Shown one piece after another: positions 10,330-24,400 of a stretch of 64,000 nucleotides of DNA. Within the stretch, counting starts at the first letter, position 1. Each line of letters starts with the position of its first letter. Both the position numbers and the translations under genes were made by a program. Source of the DNA: Monocercomonoides exilis PA203 (Eukaryota; Protista; Preaxostyla); the NCBI GenBank assembly GCA_001643675.2, contig LSRY02000022.1, positions 248,001-312,000 on the forward strand, written 5' to 3'. The notes beneath the pieces are model-generated. The model ran no database searches and had not been told where the DNA came from. It saw nothing but the letters and a program-made list of their open reading frames with translations.

Positions 10330-13300
10330 TTTGACTTCATCTTATTCAACTGAAGCAGAACGTAGATCTTCTTCTCCATTCAGGAGGCAGAGCAGCGAAG
10401 AGAAGAAAGCAAAAGGAGATGACAAGTTATTATCATCTTCATCTTCCCCTGCAATTAACTCTTCGTATGCGTCGGCGGTTTCGTCGTCATACACGTCTGC
10501 AGCAGCGATGGACGATATCGATAGACGGATGCTAATTGCTGTGTCAGAAGATGCTGGGGCGCATGCAAATCAAAAGAATTTGTAATAAAGGGAGCAACAG
10601 ACGCTTCAAGGGATATGTTGTGGCTCGGCGGGGAGTTCTGAATGGAGGTGTTTCGTGTGCTGATGATGTTGTGCTTTAGGTGGTGCTTTCTGTTCCGTTT
10701 GTTGGTCAAGCTCCATCGCTTGCAGCATCTGTGAGCACGAAGTCGGGGAAAAAGCGGATCGTTGCAGCGGCAGATGTGAATGCGCTCACATCGATCTGCG
10801 ATCTATTTGACCCGTCGCTGCTGCCATCGGTGATAGATCGGCTGGTGTCGCAATTACTGCAGTCGAGGCGTGTGGTGGAAAAGCTGGAAGGTGAAGGGAT
10901 GGGATGAAGGAGAAGAGGAAAGGAGTGAAGAGGAAAAGATTGAAGAGGAAGAAAAGGAGAGAGCGAAGAATGAGAAGAAGGGGATTGAGAAGTGACTGGT
11001 TTCGCTGACGCAAATGATCGGGACAGAGAGGATTGTCCCACTGCGTGATGTGAGCGATAAGATGGTGATGAAGGAAGGGAAGGCGATTCTGTCGGCTGAT
11101 TGTACTTGTGGGGAATATGAGCTATTTGAGTGGGCGACGGGGCTGCGGACGTCTATTTCGCTGAATGAGCCACGGAAGATGGTTGAAAACAACGAGAAAG
11201 ATGGAATGAAGGGGGAAAACATGATCGAAAAATCGAAAGAAGAAATCAATTGCGGTGTGAGACAGGACAACACATCGCTTCTAAATGGTATGCGGAAGAT
11301 TTGGTGACGAGGAGGTGATGCTGCAGTTGTGATTGTGGGAGTTAGGCAGATGAGAGAAGGAGCGGAAGCAAGGAAAGTGGAGGTGACTCTGAGCAACTGC
11401 ACAGTGATTACGCGTGTTCATGTGTTTCGGAGTGTGCTTGCGCAGGTGTTTGATGCAGAGACGCAGCTGACTGGGTTGGAGGAAGGAAGTCAGGCAGAGG
11501 TGGAAACAGCAAAGGTGGTGAGGTCGTTCTACACGTCGGACAAGAGTCCGAGCACAGAGCAAGAATACATCCAGCGAAGACAGACGGCAGCAGAGCGGCT
11601 GGGGTACGCGCTGGATGCGCCTTCTGTGCTGATGCACGGGGTTGTGACGCAGGAGACTTGGAGGAATGAGGCGAGTGCATTTTCAGGGGATGCAATCTGC
11701 GCAGGAGCAGCAAGCGGAGAGATGATGGAAGACACGATGGCGAGGAGGAAGAAGATGATGATGATGAACGTTGTGATAGGAGAGGGAATGGAAGCAGCGC
11801 AGAACTGGAGGAGAAGCGTTTCAGACTGGAAGAACATCAACTTTTTGGGGGTTACAACTTCAGTTGTACTGAACGAAGCACTGTATGAAGGAAAGAGGAG
11901 GCGTGCTGTTATCCCGAAGGAAGTGATTGCAGGGAAAGGGCAGAGCACTGTGACAGTGGTGGCTACAGACGATGAATATTTCGTTGCGAAAAAGGTATGA
12001 GTGGATCTGAACCTGTGCCGTGGGAGAAGGAAAACGGAGGGAAGAGAAGGAGAAAAAAGAGAAGGATAATTGAGAGAAATGAGGCTAATGAATGTGTTTG
12101 ATTCGAAGAAGAATGTTTTGTAGAAGATGCACTCGGAGCTGATTCTGAAAGAAAGTGTTGAAAAGAAGATATTGTGAAGCAATTGATGAAAACGAAAAGC
12201 AAGAGAAAAAGGAAGAAGAAAAGGAGAAAGAAGAGAAGGAGAAGAATTGCTGGAGAGGAGTTTGAGGAGGTGTGTGGCGTCGGTGGAGAAAGTGGAAAAT
12301 CAGCTGAGGTTGCAGCTGATAGACAAGAAAGAAGAGGAGAAGGTGTTTGAGACAGTGCTTCGATCTGGACTGGATGTTGGGGGTTTCATTGAGGCAGAAG
12401 AAGAAGAAGAAAGAGGAAGAAAGAGCAGTGTGAAAGGAGCATCGGGGCGAGCATTCAACGAGGGAGGGGATATGGGGAAGATGGAAGTGCAGGTGACGAC
12501 GATGCAAGGGAAGATAATTCGAGTAAGTGTGACGAAGGAGACGACAGTGGCGGAGCAGAAGGAGCTTGTGCAGAAGAAAGAAGGGATTCTACCTGACATG
12601 CAGAAGATTATCTTCAACGATGTGCAGCTGAGTGACATGCGCACGATGAGCGGGTGCTTCATCCGGAACAACGAAGAGCTGAAGCTGATGCCGCGTCTGC
12701 CGGGGGGTGCAATGGATGTTCAAGGGCAGATGGGGCAGATGGGGCAGATGGAGAAAGGATCGAGGCCTGGATCGAGAATGGCAATGCCGATGGTTGGGAT
12801 GGCTAGGGCAGGGGCAGAGGCAGGATTAGGGCAGAGGCCGAGAATATAGATGCAGTCGAATGCATGGCAGAGGATAAGCAATGCTGGTGCGATGCCTCGT
12901 CGGGCAAATGGCTTTTGTGGCTCTTTCTTAATGGCTATTCCATCAGATCCTCAGATAGCGATGCCTATGGGAATGCAGATGGAATCAGAGTATATGTGTA
13001 ATGTTTTCACTTCTGCTTCTTGTGTTTCTTAAAACTCTTTTGGAGATGATTAGCTTTGTACCTGGAAAGAAGAAAAGAAAATGCCAGTTGCGAAATTCCA
13101 GCTAGTGGAGAACATGAAGGAATACCGAGAGAACTAAAATCATCGTGTGGCGTCCTCTCATTCTGTGCTGGTTGAGTGGAACCATTTCTTCCTGGGCTAT
13201 GCGCGATATCTGTTTGGGCGTGCCGGGGAGAAAGTGGGCAGGGATACGCGTGAGTGTGGGAGATCTGTTCCTTTTGTGTCAGCGAATGTGATTAAATGCA

Positions 13301-14020
13301 CCGATTCGTTTGCATCAGCAGCGTTTGCAGCTGCGCTGACACATGTTTGTGTGCACCCTGTTTGCGTGGAGAAGGTGATTGAGATAAGGGGAGGAAGAGC
13401 GAGTGTGTCTATTAGGAGCATGACACAGCCGCAGTGCTGTTTGTGAAGGAGATGGAGGAATTTGAAAGAGGGAAAGAAGGAATAGAAGGAGAAGAAAAAG
13501 GAGAAGGAGAAAAGGAAAGAGAAAGAGAATAAGAGAGACAAGCGAGGAAACAAGGGCTGTAGTTGAGTGGCTTGGGGAAACGAGTGGAGATGAAGCAGGT
13601 GGTTGTGTAGAAGTTTGGGTGTGATGTGAGCGAAGAGTGGGAGATGAATGAGGAAGGGCGGAAGGCGAGGAAGTGTGTGGAGAAGGAGAAGATGCTAGCT
13701 GTGCGTGTGTGTGCGATGTGGTGCTGACAAACACGACGTCAGCGCAGAGGTCGGTGGAGGTGCTGATCCAGGTGCCAAAACGGTCAATTGAACTGCAAAG
13801 GGGCATCGAGACGAGGACACGGAGCGTTGTTCCGGGTGCGTATGGGATGCAGACGGTGTCGTATGAAGTCTATTTCCCGGAGAGTTGGGAGTTTATGCAC
13901 TATCCGGCGTTGGTAGCGATGCGGGGGCGGCATGTGTGCTGCAGCCGAGATGGAATGCATCGGGTGAGGGTGGAAGTTGAAGGTGTGGCTGGTGATAAAG
14001 AAAAAGCAAGCTTGTCATAG
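10330..14020 (+). pseudogene. Fragmented copy of a large GC-richer gene (C-terminal part resembles a large alpha-2-macroglobulin-like protein family of protists and planctomycetes)
   Basis: Chain of co-oriented ORF pieces broken by stops and frameshifts (10310, 10680, 11014, 11329, 12247, 13673). The motif VVLTNTTSAQRSVEVLIQVP..YEVYFP..FMHYPALV recalls that family from memory only. The 5' part is homologous to ~29700-30480 (-). Confidence 0.55.
12481..12708 (+). CDS. Embedded 76-aa ubiquitin-like domain ending in RLPGG (within ORF 12247..12849)
   Basis: MEVQVTTMQGKIIRVSVTKETTVAEQKELVQKKEGILPDMQKIIFNDVQLSDMRTMSGCFIRNNEELKLMPRLPGG aligns without gaps to ubiquitin (MQIFVKTLTGK..KEGIPPDQQRLIF..LEDGRTL..LRLRGG). 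Confidence 0.9.
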
Positions 14021-15479
14021 GAAAAAAGATCTTGCCATTGGTGTGGAATACAACATCACCAGCCGAGTGCAAAAAGTTCGAGAAGAAGAAAAAGTGGAGA
14101 CATTCGATCCGTTCGTTCGAACAGGTTTCAAAGATGGTGGGGCAGCGCTGATGAACGAGTCTAGATGGTTAAATGCAGAAGACGGAGACTCTATAGGGTT
14201 GATGCTCACGCTAGTTGCGCTTTTCATTTTTTGATGTTTTCTGGGTGACTTCTTCAAATGCACCCCATTCAATATCAACATCTTGTTCAACTTCATTTGA
14301 AAGAGTTCAAGAAAAGTTTAAAAATGCTCAACCCACTTGCTCCTTCCGGCTAAATATTCTTCATTGTCTAATTAAAAATGTTCGAAATTGTTATTGACAA
14401 CATGAAATATTTCCCTCTGAAAATTCACAGATCGTTGTAATAGTTATATGTAGAAGTTATGTTTTTTGAGAATATTGCAACAAAAAAACGAATTCAAAAA
14501 ATCCAAAAATAAATTAAACTTTTAAGAAAAAACAAATTACAAACAACCAATTATAAAAATGCTTTTTTTGCTCAAATTTCAGTGAGATGTATTTGCTAAT
14601 ACGAAACGTTGATATTAATTCTGAGATTTGAAAATATCTGATTGAATAAAATTTTATATACGTATCTTAATATTTAATTTTCTTAAAAAAGAATCGAAAC
14701 ATTCATTGTAAATTTTATAAACATCCATTTTCAAGATGGATCAAAAAGAAAAAACTCTAATTCACCAAAAATCAGCAATCGTAATTTTTATGAGATCAAA
14801 AAACATAACTTTTTAAATCTGATTGATTGTCGACCAAATGAAGTTTGTGACATGTTCTTAAATATTATCATGATAACATTTGTTTTTCAAGAATAACGGA
14901 AACTGAATGAAAAAAAACAATGTCAATGTTCCAAAATATTAATAAAAAGCGACAATTCAAGTTAAAAATAAAGGATTTCGAAGAGTTTCATGAGAGATTG
15001 AAGCTTTATGGATTTTAAGATGTTTTCCGTTCAAATTCTTTACATGTTGATAACTTTCGAACCGAAAAAAATCAGACCGAAAATTTTGACAGAAAAAGTA
15101 TGATCCCAAAAAGAATTACCCATGTTTATATAAAATGATTGTTCATCAATTCTGATCAATTGAGAAGATCACAATTATAATTCACTGATCTCATTTTTTT
15201 TTTTTTTTTTGACAATCGCAATTATAAATTCGAGTTTTCATTTATGTGCTTTTTTCAAAAACTTGAATTAACAAAACTAATGAATTCATTGAAAACAAAA
15301 TTGTTTCAAACTTCATTTGTGATATTCCGTTCACAGCGATATTTTATAATTCTATTTATTATTTTTTTGTTAAACATTCATATTCAAAGTTTTTTTATTT
15401 CTTCTTTTTCACTAATTATTAAAAAGAATTGTTCACTCAAAATGGATAATGATTAAAAAGTATTCAATGTATATAATAA

Positions 15480-18400
15480 ATGCATTTCAATTGCATTTTC
15501 TGATGCTCTGTTCGTTGTTGATTTTCCATGAAAGAAATCGAACAATAAAATTATATTAATTTTGGAATAAGAAAAATTATTTGAAAAAATTTATTTATTG
15601 ATTGAATGTGGAAACAAAAGAATTTCTATCTTTTATATTTGTTTTGAATAATTATTCTTATTTATTTGTCTTTAAAATCAAATTATGTGATGTGATTTAA
15701 TATCATCAGATTTTCCAAAAATTTCTGATCATTTGCATAATTAATATTTCATTTTCGATTATGTTTGGAAGTCATATATCTTGAGGAATATGACAAGGAA
15801 TCTGATGGCAGTATTTTTTCCGGTTATGATGTTAAGTGTGCTCGCGAAAGACACCGAAGCAAAAAATATTGATCCGATTGGGCCAGCAGTGAACGTTCAG
15901 AATGCATTATTGGATTATATCGGATGCATTGAAACAAGCATCTCCATCATCAACACCTCTTTGTGCGTGAACCATCTGAATATTATCCCTCTCGCTGGTT
16001 GTCCACTCCTCACCGCCCAACACCACTCAGCTGCCTCCATTTTATATTCCACTTGCCACATCCAACCAGCAACAAAATCTCCACTTTTCCTCTCTGCCCA
16101 TGCCTCCCTCGCCCTCACAAACTTCTCCCTCACCACCCACCAACCTGCCATCCTCTCCTTCCCCCTCTTCTCCACCCCAAACAATCTCCTCCCAGATGCC
16201 CACTCCCCAATCCCTGCCTCCTTCTCCATCTCCCACTCCTCGTTCTCCTCCTTCATCTCCCTCATCCAGCCTTTCCTTTTTTCTCCTTCTTCCCTCTCTT
16301 CCCCATCCCCTTCTTCCCTCTCTTCTCTTTCCTCTTCTCTTTCATCTTTCTCATCCTCATTCTCATTCTCATCATCTTCTTTTTCTTCCCCATCCCCTTC
16401 TCCTTCTCCTTCCTCTTCCTCTTCCCCTTCCCCTTCCCCTCTCCATATCCATCACCAATCCCCTCTTCACCCCCAAATCCACCTCAATCTCCATCTCTCA
16501 AACACCCTCTTCTCCAACGTCTCCTCATCCCAATCCTCTCTATCTCTTCCATCTCTTCCCTCCCACTCACTCCATCCTTTCCTCTCAACCACTTCTTCCT
16601 CTTCTTCCTCTTCCACCAACACAAACATCAATACAATCCCCTCCTCCTCCCTTCACTCATCCCTCTCCATCCACTCATCCGTCTTTCTTCACACTCACAA
16701 CCCCATTGACGGTGCCATCCTCCCCAACCTCAACAGCCCATCCACTTCCCTCTCTGCTTTCAACACCTCTTTTCTCCACCAAACACGTTCTTCAGCCAAT
16801 GCTGCTGTGGTTAATGTTGGAACTGAAGCTCAAAGAGTGAAACTTGGAAGACTGGATACTTTTGATGTTAACAGCCATCGTTTTGAATGGTGCGAATGGA
16901 ATGATTCAACTGGTGGCTCATCATCTGGTGGTGCACTTTCTGTTGATTGCACAAATGCAAATCTCACAATCACTTCTTGTTCATTCAACAATTGTTCAAA
17001 TACAAATCATGGAGGAGCGATATTTTGCAGATATTTGCAAAATGTCAACATTGCAAAATCAAATTTCTCCAGTTGTTTGGCCATTCATGGAGGAGCAGTG
17101 GTTGTTTTCAATCCACAATCAAATTCTGTCTGGACATTCTCAGAAAACAGAGTTGAAAGCTGTTCAATAACTGATTGGTGTGGAACTGGTTGGTATTTTG
17201 CGCTACAAACAATTCCTTCAAATGGTCAATTCCTGTTTTCAAAATGCAAGTGCATCTTAAATTCTGGTGGAGACTCCACTGGTTCTCTCACATTTAATTA
17301 TCCTCCACAAAACAAACCAACTCAGTTTTTGGTTAATGACTGCATGTTCATCAACAACAAACTGAATGCTTCTTCCATTTATGGAGGTGCTGCAATGTTT
17401 TTCAGAGAAACATATTCCTGGATGAATAGTATTAAATTCATCACATTCTGCTTCTTCGATGGCAACACTGCAACAAATGGCAGAGGAAACGATGTGTTCT
17501 TCAGTGGCAATGCAATCACCCAATCCCCATTTGAGAATTGTGGATCAACAACCCCAACAAAAAGAGTGTGGAATGCAGGAACAGCTGACAACGCTGTGTA
17601 CAATGGATGGCTACCCCTCGTTGCCCAGAACAAAATCGTTGCAAATGGTGGAACTGATGCTGATGCCTGTGGCAGACCCCAACATACCCCATGTGCAACC
17701 ATCGAATATGCCCTCAACGGCTTCATTTCCCTCCTCCAAGACGCCTCCCTCACCCTCCTCACCTCAACATTTGTTCCAACTCAAACACTCATCTTCAGCG
17801 CGGTTGACAATAAAATCACAGGAAATGGCACAATTACAACCATCATAGCCTCCAGTGGCATTCCCCAACCACTAAACTTATATTCACACTCATCACAATC
17901 AACATCATCGTTTTCATCGTTTTCATCATTTTCATCTGCTTCTTCTTCACCAGATCCATCTGCCTCGTCTGCCCTCTTCCAACAGACCCAGGGCTCCCTC
18001 ACAGTCTCCACCCTCTCCATCGCTCACAACTCCACAAATCCCATCACCCCCATCCTCTTCCACCTCTCCGGTAACTCCCCTTCCCTCAACCTCAACACAA
18101 CCACCATCACCGGAACAACCTCCATAACAATAAAAACTCCCCTCTTCTTCCTCACTGCTGGCTCCCTCGCCCTCAACCACACAGCAATCACCAGTCTCCC
18201 CCTCAACAGCCAAAGCATCTTCCACCTCACCTCCCTCACATCTCCCCTCACCCTCAACTCCTCCAACATCACCCACATCACCTCCACAGCCACCCCCACT
18301 AGCTGTGTCCTCTCCTCCTCCACCTCCCCTGCCCTCTCCCTCTCCCTCGCCAACTGCACCATCACCAACATCAACTCAGAACAGTTCAGCCAACAGACTG

Positions 18401-21400
18401 CCACCAATGGCGGGTGCATCTCATTCACCTCATCTGCCCCTGCCAATTCGTTTTCAGTGAGTGACACAACCTTCTCCAGCTGCTCTTTGAGCGAAGATAC
18501 AAGTTCTGGAGGAAGAGGCGGTGCTCTCATGATCGAGTACAAGGATGATTCACAAGTGTCATCCACAACCTTTTCCATCACCAATATCGTGTTTTCAGCC
18601 AACAAGGCCAGCATCGGAAGAGATATGTATTTTGTGTGTGAATCACTTTTCGCTTCTGTGAAGGAACCCTTGTTCGCCTTCATGAGAAGCATCACTCAGA
18701 AAGACAACTCGATTGTTGGGCATGATAGAACAGAAGCATTTGGTGATTGGGATGTCGATTTATTCATATTTTTCTATGGATTCTTTGATGATACAATATA
18801 TGTGGATGGAGCATCTGGAGTTGAGGAGGTGTATTGTGGAATAGAAAAGGCACCTTGTTTGAATGTGAATAATGGAATGGAGCGTTTGAAGAAAACTCTG
18901 AATGTTAAAGAGGAGATTGTTGTGTGTGAAAAATCGAATATTACTGGGTGTGCGGATGTGGGAGGAATGCGTGTAAAGGCAAAAACTGAGGCAATTGTGG
19001 AGATAGAATGTCAAAGAGAAGTGAGTGGATCTGAAACGTGCGTGCTGAAATCATCATCACTGACTAAAATTGAGTTCATTGGGATTATTATTCCATCAAG
19101 TTTTAGTGGAACAATCACATCAGTGGTTGAATCGAGCACTCAAAATGGGGAGTTGCACATAATGAATTGTGCGATCAGTGTGATTGGAGGAAACAAAAAC
19201 ACAATTGGATTTTCCTTGATCAAATCAACGGGAAAGATGGTTGAACTGGATTCTGTCACGATTTCAGATGTGAAATCAATAGTTTCATTGTTTTCAATTT
19301 CGCTTTCGTCTGGAAATGTGAATGAACAGGAATGCAAGATGAAATTGTTGAATTGCACACTGGAAAGTCTGGAGATTGATAGCACAACAGCAGTTGAGGG
19401 AAAGGCAGCAGTATTTGGTGGAAATGTGGGATTTGGGATGGTGCTTAATGATAGCAAGATAGAAGGGGCAATTTCAAAGAAGAGCAAAGAAGGAGGAGCA
19501 CTGAAGATAGCGTTGAGTGATGGAGGATTTATGACTATTCAAGAGAGTTCATTTGTTGGATGTGTTTGTGAGAATGAGAGCGATGGCGGAAAAGGAGGAG
19601 GGATATATCTGGATTGCAGTTCAAATGAAGGAGGATTTCAGTTCTCATCGATATCGTTTTCTGAATGTTCAGCAACTGTTGGGAAGAACATGTTTGTGAA
19701 GAGTGGGAATCTGGTGAGCAGTGTGAAGACCGAGCGTTTTGCATTTGATTACTCGGCATATTCTTATGATGAGAATGCATTTGTTGGGGAAGATGAGATT
19801 TATGGAGAAATGGATCTTCGAGTGTTTCTCGTTGAACTGAAGTGGGTGGAAGTGTCTGTGTCGACTGGTGGGCATGACACATTGGGATGTGGAGATGAAA
19901 TATTCCCATGTGAATCGATGAAAAGTGGAATTGACCACATTGACAGAAGTGGAGCAGTTGGAGAACGGAGAGTGAATGTGAAAGATGAAGGGACAATTGA
20001 AAATGTTTTTTATTTTGCAGATGCACTTGTGATTGATGGGTGTGTAGATGAGGGAGATGAAATTCAACACAAGCTTATTCAATTTGAAGAGACAATCAAT
20101 GGGAATTCTGCAACAACTGTTATTTCATCAATTAAGCCACTCAGCTTGTTATCTTTGAAGTTACAGATTCCAAGTCAATTTACACCAAGTATGAATTCCT
20201 TGATCTCTTCGAGTAACAATCTTCAACTTGAAAACTGTTTATTTGACATCCAATCAACAACGGCCATTCAATATTCGTTGATAACAACAACCACTGGAAG
20301 TTGCACACTGAAAGGATGCAGTTTAAAAGGAACTTCATTTGTCAAATCACCATTGGTGATGGCTTCTTCTGTTTTGTTTGAAAACAGCAACTTTTCAAAT
20401 ATTGTGAACACAGGAAGCGGTGAAGGAGGTGTTGCAAGAGTAACATTAAAAAATGACGAAAATTTGATCATTAAATCAACAAATGTTTCATTTTGCTCAC
20501 TTTCATCAGGGAATGGAAAAGGAGGGTTTTTGTATTTGGATTGCCAAAATTGTTTGAATGAGAGGCCATTTATTTTTGATGTGGGTATCACTTTTAAGAA
20601 CAACAATGCAGTCATAGGAAAGAATATGTTCATTTTGGGAAAGGATTTTAATTCTTCTGTTACAACTGAAGCATTCAACTTCGATTATTCCTCAATGATC
20701 AATGATAAAACTCTTTTTGTTGGGAGTGATGATTTTCATCAAGAAAAGGATTTGTTCATGTTCCTCATTCCATACAGCTCATTTGAGATATTTATCTCAT
20801 CAGATGGATTTGATGTGAGAAGATGTGGAAGTGAGGAAGAGCCATGTCAATCAATGTGGAAAGGGATGATGAACACGAAAATGGAAATTGGAAAGAAAAC
20901 AATTCAGATTGAAGGATCAACTGTTATTCAAGATTCATTCAATGTTTCCAATTATCAAATCAAAAAGGCTTCTTCAATGGGAGAAGAGGCTACAAAAGCA
21001 ATATTGAATATAAAAAAACTTATCGAAGACAACAATCAAGGTTATATTATGGAAAATGATATTCATCTTGAATTGACAAATATCCAGATGCAGCTGACAT
21101 CGAGATTTGACAACTCAGCCAAATCGATTATTTCAAATAGAGATGGAGAATTGGTGATAACAGGATGTTCATTCCATTCAGAGGCAGGAATGAACAATGG
21201 ATTTGATTGTGTGTTTGTGGATGCGATTGGAGGAAGTGTGGAAGTGAATGATTTGTCGATGGAATCATGCAATGTTGGAAACAGCATATTTGTCATTCAC
21301 GATTCTTTGGTTGTTTGCCATTTTGTGAATGTTCGAGTGAAATTGTTGAATGAAAGTGGAGGATGTCTTCTTCTGATCAAAGGAACTGAATCAACAACAA

Positions 21401-24400
21401 AGATAAATGAAGTTGACGAAGAAATGAATCTCAATATTGATAATTCATCATTTTCAGGAGTGAAGAGAAGTGGAAATGGACCAAGTTTTTGGGAGTCTAC
21501 AAGTGAGAATAAGATAGATTTGATTGTGAATGAGAGCGATATTACAGAAGACAAAACAGAAGAAAGTGAAAAAGGAGGAGCAATATTGTTCACATTGGGT
21601 GCATATGGATCGATGAAGATGGTTGACTCAACAATCAGCCATTGCAGCTGCAGTTTCAGTTCAGGGAGAGGAGGAGGAGTGTATTTGGCAACAAAGGAAA
21701 GAGGGGAATTGAATTTCACATTTGTGGGAATGAAATTCAATGGAAATACAGCAAGGGTGGGGAATGATATTTATATTGAATGTTTCAACATCACATCGCA
21801 GATCAATGAAAATCAATTTCAGTTTGATCTTCGAGAGGGATATTACACTCGCAACAATGCAATATATGGAATTGATAGCTGTGATTATCCAATCGATACG
21901 GATCTGATCGGATTGATTACAATCCATCAAAGCGACACAATCATTGTGAGCAGTGTGAATGGATCAAATGAGAAGCAATGTGGAACCAACACACTTCCAT
22001 GTTATTCAATTGAGCATGGGCTAATGCATCTCACTTCAGAACTTATTAGTCAAATTCTTGTTGTGGAAGAGAGTGTGATTGAGGAAGAGATAAATCTGAA
22101 GGAAATGAGTTTGAGTTCGAAGAGCAGAGAAAACTGTGATGTTGAAGTGAACTCAGAGATTGAAAAAACAAAGGAGGCTTTGATAACAACAACCGGAGCA
22201 GTCTCATTGTTGAGAATGAATTTTGTGTTTGATTCAAATTTCATTTCTTCACATGAATCACTGATATCTCCCGAAGGAGGAATTCTTGAAGTGATGAATT
22301 GTTCATTCACCTCAAAACAATCGTCTGGAGAAGGAAATATAGAATTAGCAAACATTCCATTTCACATTATTCAGATGTCAAAAGGAGAATTACAAGTTGA
22401 TGGATGCACGATGTCAAATCTCATTTTTCAAAAATCTGCATTATATCTTTCATCACCACTTTCAACAGTTATTTATTTATTAACGATTTGTAATTCAACA
22501 ATTAAAACTTCTCTGATTGATATTAATGAATGTGAACAATTAAAAATGGAAAAGTTTCATTCAGAAAATATCACGATTGAAGGAAATGATGAATCATTGA
22601 TATCTTGCTTGCCAATGAAAAAGACAATTCAGTTGACAAATTGCACAATGGATGGAGTTAATTCAAACAAAGCAAAAGGGAAATTGATGAAATTTGAGGA
22701 TTGCACAGATGTGAAAATGGATAGTTGTGCTTTTGATGGAAGTTCAAAGAAAAGAAATGAGAAGAAGTTGAATGTGGAAGAAGAGATGTGCAAATGGGAT
22801 GGATCTCTTGTGGATGTTGTGAAGAGTTCTGTGATGATGATAGACACAACAATCTCGAATTCACCAGAAGGTGGAATAACAATGAGCGGAGGAAATGTGA
22901 ATATTGAGATGGGATTATTTGAGAACAATAATTCATCAATTGAAGGATATCCATCACTGAGAAGAAACATCATCTGCTCGGATTCTGGAATATTGAATGT
23001 TGAGAGTTTGAAAGGGGGAGATGGATTGGAGAGAAACACTTCTCTTTGGATGTTGAATGAAGGGTGCAGTTTTGAAGGGATTGCTTCAGAAAGGGATTCA
23101 TCATTCATCATTCCAGTTCTGGAGAGTGTGGAAACAAAAGAAGAGACAGATAGAATGAAGTTGACATTCAAAGGATCGCTTCTTATTCCATGCAATCTGT
23201 CATTCTCAGTTGTGAAGAGGAAGGGAGAAGAGAAAGAGATTGAAAAACATGATTTTGATTCAAATGGATTCATGTCAGAAAGTGAAGTTGAGGGAAGTGT
23301 GGGAAAAGATCTGATCAGCAGTTGTGGAAATGAAACAGAAGTGAGCGTGCGCATTTTGTTTGGGGATGCAGAATCTCCATCATCAACAAATTCATTCATT
23401 CTGAAGAACAGAAGTGAGACTGAACCAAAGGGGGATGAAATAATATCAAAAGGAGAGGAACAAATTGAATGGAGTTTGTTTGCGTTTATTGGGTGCATTG
23501 TTGTTCTGGTGATTTTTGTTGGTTTGTTTGTTGTGGTGGTTGTATTTCTGCGAAAGAAGCTGAGAGAATCAGAAAAGAAAGTTGAGAAAGAGAGATTGGA
23601 AAACGAGGAGATAATGGGGAAGATAGAGAGGAGAAGAAGGGAAAACAATGGAGGGAGCTTTGAGATGAGTGAGATGCCATCCACACTGCTGGAAGGGATG
23701 ACAAGCCAGATTCCACTTCTCATTGACAACGATGATGAAGATCTTCCAGAGCCTCCATCAATGAGCAATGAAGAAATTCTGAATGAAAATGATCTTCCAG
23801 ATTTGGAATCTCCATTGTCATTTTCTGAGGGCGCTTCTGTTTGTGGAGCTTCACAATCACATTCATTCAATGTGATATCAGCCAAGAAGCCATTTCGAGA
23901 GAAAGAGAAAAAGAATATCAAAACATTGCATTCGGTGATTCATTCAGTTCAAGGTGATTTCACACTGGGAACAAGAGCGATGGATGTTGTTGATGGGAAG
24001 GAGGTGGTGTTGACAGTGGCAGAGCTGTTTGAGCATTTGATATCAGTTGGAGACGAAAGGGTTGAGATGATGGGAAAACAATTGTGCCCATATTCAATCT
24101 TTGTTGAAGAAGGAAACAATGAAATATTTGTTTTGACAGAGGAATTGGAAGATGAGAAGCAGAAGGAAGAAATGAAGCGATGGAAGGCACCAGAAGAAGG
24201 AAATGAAGACGAGGGAGTTGAAAAGGGAGTTGTTTTCACACTTGGACTGATTCTGCATGAGATGACAACCGGGGAAGTGCCATTGAGTGAGTGTGAGGCA
24301 GAAGAAGCACAGGAAATGATGAGGGATGGGGTGCGACCATTGACAGAAGGAATCGAAGGAGAATATCTGATGGAGCTGATGGAGAAGATGTGGGGAGATG

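Noticed and set aside
16100-16840. Proline-rich alternative-frame ORFs (also 40479..41174)
   Set aside because: A by-product of G-poor C/T tracts, which cannot easily form stop codons.
22629-23921. Long antisense ORFs (430 aa here, 364 aa at 47158..48252) and other shadow ORFs in the giant genes
   Set aside because: S/F/L-rich shadows of G/A-biased coding sequence with no domain signal. Their conservation follows from the duplication.
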